From: Octopus sinensis | Lineage: Eukaryota | Length of the DNA: 64,000 nt | Direction: 5' to 3' | Assembly: GCF_006345805.1 (NCBI RefSeq) | Contig: NC_043017.1 | Span: 10,478,001 to 10,542,000 of the forward strand | Part shown: piece after piece, positions 12,241 to 23,947 of the stretch | How positions within the stretch are numbered: the stretch's first letter is position 1 | Layout of the letters: every line of letters begins with the position of its first letter | Notes under the pieces: generated by a model | The model's database searches: none | Told to the model about the DNA's origin: nothing | Seen by the model: only the letters and a program-made list of their open reading frames with translations | Program-made: the position numbers and the translations under genes

Positions 12241-12272
<32 letters not shown>
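12025..12272 (+). mobile_element. Family C' copy
   Basis: Reverse complement of 5880-6130 at high identity, with a (GAT)n tail at 12241-12272. Confidence 0.8.
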
Positions 12273-12273
<1 letters not shown>

Positions 12274-13167
12274 TGCAAGCGCACGCATACAAGCATAATA
12301 AGATCGGGCCAAAATAGCTCATCTGTTTTATGTTCAAACTGACCAGATCCAGGCTCTCACACCTACCCTACAATGTTATTCTACATTAGGTAATTACACC
12401 ATCAAGATCTTGAAGATATGAGATAATGCATGATTAATTCAAATCAATGGGAATCAATAGGCATTATGTTTGATTGAATAATCTGAACACTAAAGGGTTA
12501 AAAATTTGATAAATCTTTTACCATTTATGATTATTAAAGAAATATATTTATTGAATCTTATGAAATATTTCCAAAGTTTGTAGTTAACCATCTTTATCTG
12601 TGTGTCTAGATTAAAGCGTTTTTGTTTAGACTCACATTAAAGTTTTTTCTTTCTTAAACCTTGTCAAACATATCCTTTTTGTCTTAAGACAACAGGGTGT
12701 CATTTGATAAGAAATTTTACTCTGTTCTTACAGGGTTGAGTAACTGCATCAAAGAGGGGTCCCTTGTTGGCGCACAAAGAGTAAAAATGATGGGGATGTA
12801 GCAGCAGCGATGCTGATTCAACAGCTTTCAGTTTGCCAACTTCAAGTGCATTAATATAAAGATTACGACTGATGATATGATGATGATGGTAGTAGTGGAT
12901 ATGTGTGTGTACAGTATATATAAGGCGGGGATGATTATGCGTGTGAGAGAGAGAGAGAGAATAAGGGGATGGTGTAAGAGGCTGCCTACTAACTTTATAT
13001 ACCACCAAATCGTAAACTGGAGTGGGGGAGGAAGTCCAAGAAACTTTCTTTTTAACGAGGTGTGTGTGTGTGTGTGTGTGTGTGTGTTTATGTGTGTGCG
13101 CGTATTGTTAGTAAATCATAAATCCGAAAGAGAAGCACACTCTAAGTTATAGAACAGTAAGGGTATT

Positions 13168-13284
13168 TAGAGAATGTTAGTTAAGACCGGTTCATAGAGT
13201 TGCCCATTAGGGTCTGACGCGATGCGCTTTATGGACGCGAAACCTTGGGTGACCCTATGAACCGGCCATAACTAACATTCTCTA
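13168..13284. repeat. 117-bp inverted repeat (39-bp arms) enclosing a hammerhead-like core
   Basis: 13168-13206 pairs with 13246-13284 with about 5 mismatches. The spacer carries CTGACGC...GAAAC. Confidence 0.85.
13208..13257 (+). ncRNA. Hammerhead-like motif with variant core (Penelope-like pLTR remnant)
   Basis: Stem I TAGGGT(13208-13)/ACCCTA(13252-57); core CTGACGC (13214-20, A9 replaced by C); GAAAC at 13239-43; stem III ACC-TTG-GGT; cleavage triplet GTG (non-canonical H17=G). Confidence 0.4.
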
Positions 13285-13404
13285 AACATGTATAACCTTC
13301 CATGTGTTAACATGTACCTCCTTATGACAATGTGAACTTTCATTTAATCAAGATACCCTTGGCCTGAAGAGTAACCTGCCATATACACTTCGCTTGGATA
13401 TTTA

Positions 13405-13645
13405 CTAGTTCTGAGGTTCCGCTCGCTATGCAACCCGGGTCGCCCACCATGAAATATAAAAAGAACTTTTTTCAGTTCATCGAACTTCGATACGAAAAAC
13501 ATACACAACCGTCCGTCTCAATAAATCACATTTGTCTCTGAAAGTTGTTTATTTTTACTACCGATCGCTTGAAGCTAACTTTCTTCCAACACACAAAGAT
13601 ACACACATAGATAGATATTTACAACTAAGGCATTTATTATAAAGC
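13405..13645 (-). mobile_element. Possible old non-autonomous Helitron remnant
   Basis: Minus-strand CTAG|T end at 13405 preceded by an imperfect GC-rich hairpin. The far end ACATAGATAGATATTTACAAC..TTTATTATAAAG is Helitron-like, but no clean TC terminus. Confidence 0.35.
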
Positions 13646-13673
13646 GTGTGGGTGTGTGTGAAAAGCGAATACC

Positions 13674-13907
13674 TATTTCTTTACTACCCAGAAGGGGCTA
13701 AACATAGAGGGGACAAACAAGGACAGACATAGGTATTAAGTCGATTATATCGACTCCAATGCGTAACTGGTACTTAATTTATCGACCCCGAAAGGATGAA
13801 AGGCAAAGTCGACCTCGGCGGAATTTGAACTCACAACGTAACGGCAGACGAAATACCGCTAAGCATTTCGCCCGGCGTGCTAACGTTTCTGCCAAGCTCG
13901 CCGCCTT
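13674..13907 (-). mobile_element. SINE family B with 16-bp TSD
   Basis: Full-length copy. TSD GTGAAAAGCGAATACC (13658-73) / GTGGAAAGCGAATACC (13908-23), 1 mismatch. Confidence 0.92.
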
Positions 13908-16314
13908 GTGGAAAGCGAATACCGTGTAGGAATTGAACGCACGACGACGCCTGCTTAGTTGATACGTTACGTGGAACCACCATGTGAATTCATTGTATAT
14001 CCTCTGTGTTGTATCAACGTCAACGTCGAGGATTAAATATCTAAACACAGATATACAGCCGAACACCGATCATTATCAAAACGTATATAATGCATACGCA
14101 CGTGTGTGTGTGTGTTTGTACATATTAGACTGACTGACTGACTGACACAACCGACATGCTGACAAGCAGATAACTAGCTTGGCTTAGCCTAAGCAAAGCT
14201 ATGAACAAAATATATATATATATAAGCTCAGATAAAACCTTTCTTATATAATATTACCACCACCATCACTATCATCATTACTACTACTACAACTTCCTTT
14301 GGTTTTTGCCACAAGGGTGTTGAACAAGGACACATGTAAGGGCAAATTACAAAAAGGAAAAAAGGGGGAAAGAATAGAGAAACGGTGTTGGTAGGTTTAC
14401 AGTCCTTAAACACACAGGCAGAAGATTGTGAATATGACAGATATATTGATTGTATCGATACCAGTGGTTGACCTATTGACTTGGTACTTTGTAAAGTCGA
14501 TGTCGACATTTAGAAAGACGATAGAGTTGCCTGTAGCGGGATTCGAAAGCCGAACGTAATCTTTTTTTTAAAAAAAGTGGGAGAAAAAAACCCCAAAAAA
14601 CGATGCATTTTATTCCGTTCAACACTCGACTGTGTCAGAGATTAACAAATAATGGCTTTTAGTATAGGTAGGTGCAAGGTATGAAATTTGCGGGGAGGTG
14701 ACTAGTGGATTACATCGACCCCACAATGCTCAACTGGTTCTTACTTAATAGACCCGGAAAGGATGAAAAGCAAAAGTCGACCTGGGGGGGATTCGAACTC
14801 AGAACCTAAAGCAAGAAGAAATGCCGCTAAGCATTTCGTTCTAATAATTCTGCCAAGCTCGCTCGCTCGCCGCGAAGCCACAAGTCATGAATTTTAGAAG
14901 ACAAAAAAACTAACTTATTAAGTCTACAACATCGAGCCACGACCAGCATTAAATGCCGGGGCGCTCTAAGTGTATTGACCCCTTGATATACATGAAAGGT
15001 CAACTCGACACTGGACGGGGTTTTCACCTCGGGACCTAAGTACAAACGACCGTATTTATTTTCCTTCTAAGCTCAAATGCCGCCGGAGTCATTCTTTACC
15101 TTTTATTATTTTTTTTTCTGCTGCTTCCGGTGTCAATAAAATAAATATCAATGCTGCTGTAACTGAATCGATTCAATTTGCCAGAGTCCCCGCCACCTTT
15201 TCTTAGTCCTAAACCTACAGCGGAGGGTTTGTGTTTATGTTAGAAATCAGCAGAAAGCACCAATTCACCCTAAATCGTTGGCCCTCACTTTAGAAATCCT
15301 ATTATTATTATTATTATTATTATTACTACTACTACTACTACTACTACCATCATTATTATTGTATACTATGTATTTCACCGTCTTTGCCCTTTCCTTTCCC
15401 GTATCTATACCCCTGTGGCTGATAAAAAAAAATCATCATCGTTGTTGTTATTACTATTATTATTATTATTATTATTATTATTAGCCGCAAAGGTCAGAGG
15501 CAGAAAGTTATAACAAATACGCAGATAAACAAACTGACAAGCAAGAATAACAACAGTAAATATTATGATGATGACGACGATCATTAGCATTACTATTACT
15601 ACTAATTTATTTTGAGTTTTTACACCACACTTTTAACGAACGACATCCGAAGAGGCTGTGTGCTACAAGCTGGTTCCTACGTAATTCAAAGAATTGACCC
15701 ACCCGCAGGGCAAAAGGCGAGGCAAGGAGCGAGGTTAGTGGGATGAGAAAACCCGAAGGAGTATTGTTTTCGGTCCGTAGCAACAGCAGTGTTATTGAAA
15801 TTTTCTCGTAGCAGCCAGAATGGCCCCTGCGAAATGAATGGCAAACAATGAATTAAGGGGGGTAGCTTAACTCTTTGCCCATCAAAACATTTCCATAAGC
15901 TTGTCCTAAACGTCCGTGATTGTTTTCAGTCTTTTAGTGAGGCCTTGCTTCATACGTTCTTAGTAAAATGAGGCTTACCCTTTTTAAGTCCCAAATTAAT
16001 CTGGTGGTTGAGAAAAAAAATAATTGGGAGCATGTCTCATATATGATGAGAGACATCTTAGCAGCATCATACGCCCCCCAAGGAAATCAAAGCACTGGGC
16101 GATATAGTGTTTATTGATTGACAGGATACATAGATCAGAATTGAGCCCCTAAATCCGTGAGGCTTCCAGACAACAGCCCAGTGTGCTCATGTCTTAAGAC
16201 GGCCCTTTATATGACGATACATGGATGCCAGGGATAATATGTCCTGGGTATCACATGTCATAAGCAGGACAGGCAAAAGGTTAAAAATGGAAGTCAGTTG
16301 GCCCGGTCCATATC

Positions 16315-16350
<36 letters not shown>

Positions 16351-16536
16351 TAGATAGATAGATAGCCGCCGCGTCGTGGCTCCGTCAGAATAACCAAACC
16401 ATCCACGCTAGAATGACCCGGTCGTCCACGTCAGTCAGAATCGCTTGATCAAAATGGATCCAACCTCGAAAAAACATTACGACCATATTCAACCCACTTT
16501 ACGTTATCAGACACACAAAATATACACATGTGTGTA

Positions 16537-16572
<36 letters not shown>

Positions 16573-17671
16573 GCGAGAGAGAGAGAGAGAGAGAAAGATA
16601 GATTGTAGGTGTATTGTTGCACTTGTAGTTATTTTACATACGTGTTCGATTTGTGGCCTTCTTTCCTTGTGTTTTTTCAAAGACAAGAAATAGACGTGAT
16701 CGGGGAGAGATTTGACACCTATTTCTAGCAAACCGAGCAACCATATTATATACAGGCCTCCTCGATTGCGATAATGTCTGATGTATAAACGCGCGTGCGT
16801 GTGTGTGTGTGTGTGTGTATGGTGGTGCAAACATGAAAATAGAACTCAAAAACATGAGTAAATAGAGGTCCTTATTAATAATCGGCATAAGTTAGTGACT
16901 CGGGGGCCAAGAGTTTCGTGTGTTGCCAACCACGTTGCAATGACATATGTGTATGTGCGCGTTGTGTGTTTAATACAAAACGGGGGAAAAGTACTCGAGT
17001 AAAATTGGTAATTGTGTCTTACAAAAGGTACAATGCCAGAAATTCGAGGGAGAAGTCGGGTTATTCGATTTAATCGACCCTAGTGCATGATTGGTATTTT
17101 ATTTCAATCGCGGAGTTAACAACAGAATTTAAAACATTTTACACCCCTTGATCACCAAGAGTTTCGCGTTACCGCCTTATGTGAGTCTGTGTGTGTGTAT
17201 ATGAATAAATAAATAAATAAATAAATAAGTATACACACACACACACACAGAGTCACACTCCAACTATAGGCACATTTAATTATAACACATACATACTCTA
17301 CGTAGCCTAATATTCTAAAGGGCTAGTTTGGTAGAATGCGATGAATCTGTAACGTGAGGGTAGGGCGGCCTTCTTTGCGCTTAAACACCCAGCGATCTTT
17401 AAAACAATAATCAAACAAATATATATATATATATGGGGGGAAAAAAGGGGGTTATTTAAAAGAAGATTATGAAAGCGCAAGGATCTTCTGTAACGGCAAA
17501 GTGTAAGATGCCAGAATAAGAAAGAACCAGTTGCAGTGACACAAAAGACGGACGGACGGACGGGGGAGCAGTGAATTTAATAATAACAGGAGTGGGTCAG
17601 AAAGGAGGTTTTTGTAGGGAAAAGACGTAAGAGATAGAGGTGGGATGAGGAGGAGAAGTGGTGGTGGTGGT

Positions 17672-17790
17672 AGAAGAAGAAGAAGAAGAAGAAGAAGAAG
17701 AAGAAGAAGAAGAAGAAGAAGAAGAAGAAGAAGAAGAAGAAGAAGAAGAAGAAGAAGGGGAAGAAGAAGAGCAACAACGAGAAAGAAGAA
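17672..17790. repeat. (AAG)n microsatellite in a ~300-bp polypurine tract
   Basis: Direct inspection. The purine-rich tract extends to ~17970. Confidence 0.95.
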
Positions 17791-18319
17791 GAAAAAAAAC
17801 AGAAAAATGCAGAGAACAAGAGAATTAAAAAAAACAGAAAAACGAACGAAGAAAGAAACTATGAAGGAGGAAGGAAGGAAGAAGATGAAAAAGAAAAGGA
17901 AGAAAAAGAAAAAGAAGAGGAGAAAAAAAAACGGATGAAGAAGGGGGGAAGAGGAGGAGGAGAAGAAGGAACCTCAAAAGAAAACACATCAGCTGGGAGA
18001 TGGGGGTGTTGAAGGGTATTGGAAGAGAGAGAGGTTTTTGTCAGTAGGGAAATATGAAGCTTTTTTGCTACGAAGGAATTAGCAGATGCTGTGGTTGTTG
18101 GAGAAAAAAGCAACAACGACTTGTAACTATGATGGTGGTGGTGGTGGCGGTGGTGGTGGTGGTGGCGGTGGTGATGGTGGTGGTGGCGTGCGTAGCTGTA
18201 CAGTTGTGAGATTGTGTTGGAGGGGAAGGAGATGATTGCGTGAGTGGCGTGTTGTGTAATGTAGTAAAGTGTGTGTGTGTATGATAGATAACTGGATATA
18301 TATGTATAAGATAGATAAT

Positions 18320-18373
<54 letters not shown>

Positions 18374-18433
18374 GGGGGAGGGGCGGTTGTAAAACTGGAT
18401 GTAGTTATAAAATGTGTGTTGTGGTTATAACTT

Positions 18434-18485
18434 AGATAGATAGATAGATAGATAGATAGGCAGACAGACAGATAGATAGATAGGC

Positions 18486-18528
<43 letters not shown>

Positions 18529-18545
18529 CAGATAGGCAGACAGAC

Positions 18546-18587
<42 letters not shown>

Positions 18588-18618
18588 GGCAGACAGATAG
18601 ATAGATAGATATAGATAG

Positions 18619-18688
<70 letters not shown>

Positions 18689-18694
18689 GCAGAC

Positions 18695-18776
<82 letters not shown>

Positions 18777-18785
18777 GCAGACAGA
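18434..18785. repeat. (GATA)n/(GACA)n microsatellite
   Basis: Direct inspection. Similar tracts at 34780-35400, 35818-35920 and (TATC)n at 40213-41085. Confidence 0.95.
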
Positions 18786-19029
18786 CAACATATTTCAGAC
18801 ACAGTAAGAGATTTCTCTCAGATGTGTAAGATAGAGAGACAAGAAGCAAAAGGGAGTGATGTGTAAGGCGAGGAAGAGGAAAAAAGAAAGAGACACACAC
18901 ACACATACTCACTCTCTCACTCTTTCTCTCTCTCCTCTACTTAATGGTACAAAGTGAGTTTAGTGTGTTTACAACTGGCAGCAGACTCCATGTTGCTTTT
19001 AGTCATGAGGATCTCACACATTTAGCACA

Positions 19030-19400
19030 CGCTAACCACACCACCAAAACTATACCACTGACTACAAATACAATGCTACTACCACCACCAAAACTATTTC
19101 ACTCACAACTCGCACGGTACTATCACACCACACCACCAAACTGGCTACAGTTACATTACACTATACTAGCACCCAAACCGTATCACTGAATACAATCACA
19201 TTACACGACTATACCATTCGCTGCAATAATACTACACTATACAGCAACCACCATCAAAACCACTTCACTGACTAGAATCACACCATAATACTAAAACCAA
19301 ACTATATCACTGCAAACTACTACAGACACTATTATACTTGCACCTAATCCATGCAACTAACTACAAATCTCAACACATTACTACCAAACTATACCCAGGA
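19030..19400. repeat. Degenerate ACT/ACC-rich minisatellite
   Basis: Recurrent CACCACCAAAACTATA.CACTGA.TACAA-like units. Confidence 0.6.
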
Positions 19401-19820
19401 CTATATTAACCCTTAAGCTAAATAACCACGTGCTTTGAGCCCCGTGGGATATGGGTTAACGGAGGGTTTATACTATCATAGTGCAGAAGGTACAGCTAAA
19501 TCGAAGACCCACAGATTTTCCTTTTTAATGAATAAAAGGGTGTACAAAATTAGCTTTCTTTTCCGGTTGCCCTAATTAAAAGTAGTAAAAAATTTAATAG
19601 AGTAAAAATTATAAATATTGAAAAAAAAATGGTTCTATTTAATATACCATATTTGATGGTAAACATGACATACAACTATATAAGACACACCCCAATTTCA
19701 ACAGTGCATGTTCAGTGGGTTAAAATGGTTTAGCTTATAACAAGTCCAATTTCACATATAAGATCCGAGGTGGTCTTATATATATATATAGGAAGATGAA
19801 AAAAATGGAGATTGGAAAGA

Positions 19821-20093
19821 TTGCTGAACCGCTAAGTTACGGGGACGTAAATACACCAACATCGGTTGTCAAGGCGGGGGACAAAGACAGGCACACACAC
19901 ACACATATATATATACATACACACATGTATATACGACGGGCTTTTTTCAGTTTCCATCTACCAAATCCACTCACAAGGCTTTGGCCCAAGGCTGAAGCAT
20001 AAGACACTTGCCCAAGGTGCTAGGCGGTGGGACTGAACCTGGAGCCATGCAGTTGGTAAGCATTCTACTTACCACATAGCCACTCTTGCACCA
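19821..20093 (-). mobile_element. SINE family A, inverted duplicate of 20911-21185
   Basis: Shares private variants with the copy at 20911 (TGGTGCAAGAGTGGCTATGTGGTAAGTAGAATGCTTACCAACTGC) that are absent from other family A copies. Only a few substitutions differ between the two. Confidence 0.9.
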
Positions 20094-20171
20094 TATATAT
20101 ATATAAAAGAAGAAAAAGAAAATGGAGATTGGAAAGATAATAATTGTTTATTATTTATAGCAAATTAATCA

Positions 20172-20265
20172 TCTTTCCTTACAGCTGTTTCAAGTAATAC
20201 TCAATGAATACTAAGTAAATATTAAATTTATATGACCTGAGTGTAATATCTTCAGAGAGGGGGAA
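20172..20265 (-). ncRNA. Degenerate minimal type I hammerhead motif
   Basis: Minus strand: CTGAAGA (20255-20249), GAAAC-AGCT-GTA (20191-20180), then AGGAAA. Stem I is short or bulged, and stem II lacks a good closing pair. Confidence 0.5.
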
Positions 20266-20354
20266 AAATATACCCTCGGATGTTTTATATGTGTTTATGG
20301 ATTCATTATAGCAGACTGAATCCATAAACACATATAAAACACCCAAGGGTATAT

Positions 20355-20450
20355 TTTTTTCCCACTCTGAAGATAGTACACTTAGGTCATATAAATTTAA
20401 TATTTACTTAGTATTCATTAAGTATTAATTGAAACAGCTGTAAGGAAAGA
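20355..20450 (+). ncRNA. Degenerate minimal type I hammerhead motif
   Basis: CTGAAGA at 20367-73 and GAAACAGCTGTA at 20431-42 with palindromic AGCT loop. Stem II is only AGTAC/GTATT and is offset from the core. Confidence 0.5.
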
Positions 20451-20528
20451 TGATTAATTTGCTATAAATAATAAACAATCATTATCTTTCCAATCTCCAT
20501 TTTCTTTTTCTTCTTTTATATATATATA

Positions 20529-20908
20529 CTAGCAGTATCGCCCGGCGTTGCTCGGGTTTGTAAGGGAAATAACTATAAAGCATTTTTAGAGAGTTATAGC
20601 CAAAAAATAGCAAAAAAATGGAAAAGAAATGATGGTAAATTTTTTTGAGAGTTAAAAAGGTCGAGTTGCATCACCTAGACAGTCTGTGGTTTGTGTTTCT
20701 GATTCTCGACCCCATGTCGAATTTATCGATTTTTTTCAGAACTGGGGGAACTTTTCAAAATTTTCGCTGCGTTAGTTTTGAATTATGACATTGGGCTATG
20801 TGTGTGTCAAGTTTCATCAGAATCGGTTGAAAGCCGTGGTCAGGGTGAGGGTACAACCAAACAGACACACAGAAAACGCAGACAAACTGCCGTTTATATA
20901 GAGAGAGA
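20529..20908 (-). mobile_element. Non-autonomous Helitron
   Basis: Minus strand A|TC...CCCGAGCAACGCCGGG hairpin, 8 nt, then CTAG|T. Inserted at an A|T site in (TA)n with no TSD. Confidence 0.85.
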
Positions 20909-20910
20909 TA

Positions 20911-21302
20911 TGGTGCAAGAGTGGCTATGTGGTAAGTAGAATGCTTACCAACTGCATGGCTCCAGGTTCAGTCCCACTGCGTAGCACCTTGGGCAAGTGT
21001 CTTATGCTACAGCCTTGGGCCAAAGCCTTGTGAGTGGATTTGGTAGATGGAAACTGAAAAAAGCCCGTCGTATATACATGTGTGTATGTATATGTGTGCG
21101 TGTGTGTGTGTGTGCCTGTCTTTGTCCCCCACCTTGACAACCGATGTTGGTGTATTTACGTCCCCGTAACTTAGCGGTTCAGCAAAAGAGACTTATAGAA
21201 TAAGTATTAAGCTTACAAAGAATAAATCCCAAGGTCGATTTGTTCGACTAAAGGCGGTGCTCCAGCATGGCCGCAGTGAAAATGACTAAAACAAATAAAA
21301 GA
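20911..21302 (+). mobile_element. SINE family A, full length
   Basis: Colinear with 646-1030. Confidence 0.9.
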
Positions 21303-23732
21303 ATATATATACTTATATGCACACTCCCAACAAGTTAAAGATGAAGTCTCCAAAGAGTTACTCAAACTGCTAGAAATAGCAGCCAAGTCTTTTACTTTTT
21401 AAAAAAAAAAAGGTAAGGACACATTTGATGTAATCCTAGATATGTGTCAAAAAAAAAAAAAAAGGATGATAATGAATTGCCGTAGGTCTCACTTGATTGC
21501 AGCTGACCTGGAGTTAAAGAATCACCTAAGCTTACGTGGATGAAGCATGTTAAAACGATGTTGATGATGACGGAGATGATGATAATGGTTGTGGTTAGAA
21601 AGATGAGGTGGAAAGATACGCAAGAAAATGCAGACCTAGATACTCGCAGACGGAACTGGCACGGCTAGAATTTTATTCTTTTTACTAATAGGACGGAGGG
21701 GAGAGGGGCTGACCTGGGGGTAATCAACAGCAACAACTGACTCTAGCGATAGTACCAACGACACCGGAAAATTATAAACCACTTATATAGACTTACAGAA
21801 AGCGGTGCAATAACAAATTGTAACCCTTCCGATAATTTGGTCCATCCACTATGCTCAACTGCCATACGACGTTGACAATATTCCCGTATCTTTCATACAC
21901 GAACTGCAAACTTCCTGGGTTGGCTCCAATCCTGCTGCCCCCTAATGGGGGGGTTTTAATTTCATTTCCTTTTATTTTACTGTTGTTTTATGTGTGTGTT
22001 TTCTCACAAGTGATTTTATGGGAACCCATACCGGCTGTACGCACTAAATATTCCTTCATCCGTCGCAGTTGTATGAAATACAAAAGCGATTACTATGGCA
22101 GAACCGTTAGAGCGCCGGATAAAATGGCTTTGCAAGCATCTGTTCCGGTTCTTGAAGTTTTGAGTTCAAATCGCGCCAAGGTTCTATTTGGCACCTTTGC
22201 GAAGAAAGAAGAATTGTGTGTGTGTGTGGGGGGGGGGAATTCTTTAGAATAGTAATTTCCGGTGAATGAAATTCGGGAATACTAAATAATAATACTAAGG
22301 ATTTCTAGTTTAGACACAAGGCTCGCAAAAATTTGAGGGGAGGTAAGATCGATCGCAATATTTGATAGGTACTTTTATTTTACCGATCTCGGAGGAATGA
22401 AAGGCAAAGTTGACCTCGATGGGTCTTGAACTGAGAACGTAAAGAACCAGAAAAAAAATACTCCAGAGCCTTCACCCCCACCCACCCAATACTCTAATAA
22501 TCCTTTTTTATTATAGGCACAAGGCTTGAAATTTGAGGAGGGTGTATGGATTAGATTGATCCCTATGTTTAATTGGTACATATTTCATTGATCCCGAAAG
22601 GATGAAAGACAAATTCAACCTCGACGGAATCTGAACTCACAACGTAAAACCGGAAGACATACCGCCAAGCATTTTGTCCGGCGCGCTAACGATTCTGCAA
22701 ACTGAGGGGGGAAAAAACTACCTTTTTTCCCCATGAAATACGGGAATTTGAGGAACAACTATTCAGAAACACTTCTGCCTTAGAAATTTTACTTTTTTTT
22801 TTTTTTTTTTAGAGTCCTGGTAATTCCCAGTGCTTTTAAAACTCCAAGACACCGAGAAAGATGCACAAAAATGATATTAAACACAAACACTGCAAATCTA
22901 GCTACACAAGATGACAGAGGCGACTACACAGTCGCTTTGACCTGATTGAAAATAGCAGTAAAATCTCCTTCAAATCATGCATTATTACAGTTTTAAAGAA
23001 ACGGAGAGAGATGAAAGGACACATTAGATAATGTAGTCCGAGGAATACAAACGAAAGAAGAAAGAAAAAAACATTATCATTTTTGGATTGCCTTTGCTAA
23101 GATTCGATCTCTATTCACTGAGCTGGGACTAAACAATAATTACCACTACAAGACCTTACATGAAAACTGGCAGGTTTTGTGTGCGTGTGTATGAGTGTAC
23201 GTACGTACATACATACACACACACGGCAGGATATATGTATAGGCTATATTCCAGAGGCACCCACCCCCAAACATTGAAGGGGCTCCTTTAACTCAGAGAA
23301 GCCTAAAGCTTGGAGTTAATTTCAAAATATATTTACAGCAATCAAATTAATAATCTGTAATAGTTTTCTAACTTGTTTGAATTATTCTTAATCGAGTAAA
23401 GTTCTTTTAAAATTACTGAGCCCTCTTTTAATTTATTGGACCCTTTTAGATTTAATAGGGCCTTCCTTATTATCCTGTTTTAAATTAGCAAAAATAGTAG
23501 GAGCCCACTCGGTCTGAATCTGGCCCTGTGTGTGTGTGTGCATGCATGTATGCAAACCCCTAACGGGAGCTAGACTCTTTCAGTCCCGAAGGAGTCAGGT
23601 TCCCGTTATGGGACTGCAAAACTTGAAGTAGCACAGAACTGAAACTGTTTTAAATAATACATATAACTCTTACTAAATGTGTTGAGTGCCCTCTTCTTTC
23701 GATTGTCCACTCATATATATTATATATATATA

Positions 23733-23794
<62 letters not shown>

Positions 23795-23947
23795 AAGAGG
23801 TGTGTAAAGAGAAAGAGAGACCTCGTATATCTGTCCACTTTATCGTAGCTACCTTTACGTACAATACATAAGTCATGACACCAATAAAAAAAAAAATAGA
23901 ACTCTATAACGAGTCAAAGAGAAAACTTCTAAGTGGTCGCCCGACGT

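Larger units (their letters stand above)
20105..20517. mobile_element. Inverted pair of Penelope-like pseudo-LTR remnants (~200-bp arms, 11-nt loop)
   Basis: 20105-20305 pairs with 20317-20517 with about 10 mismatches. Flanked by (TA)n on both sides. Each arm has CTGAAGA...GAAACAGCTGTA. Confidence 0.65.
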
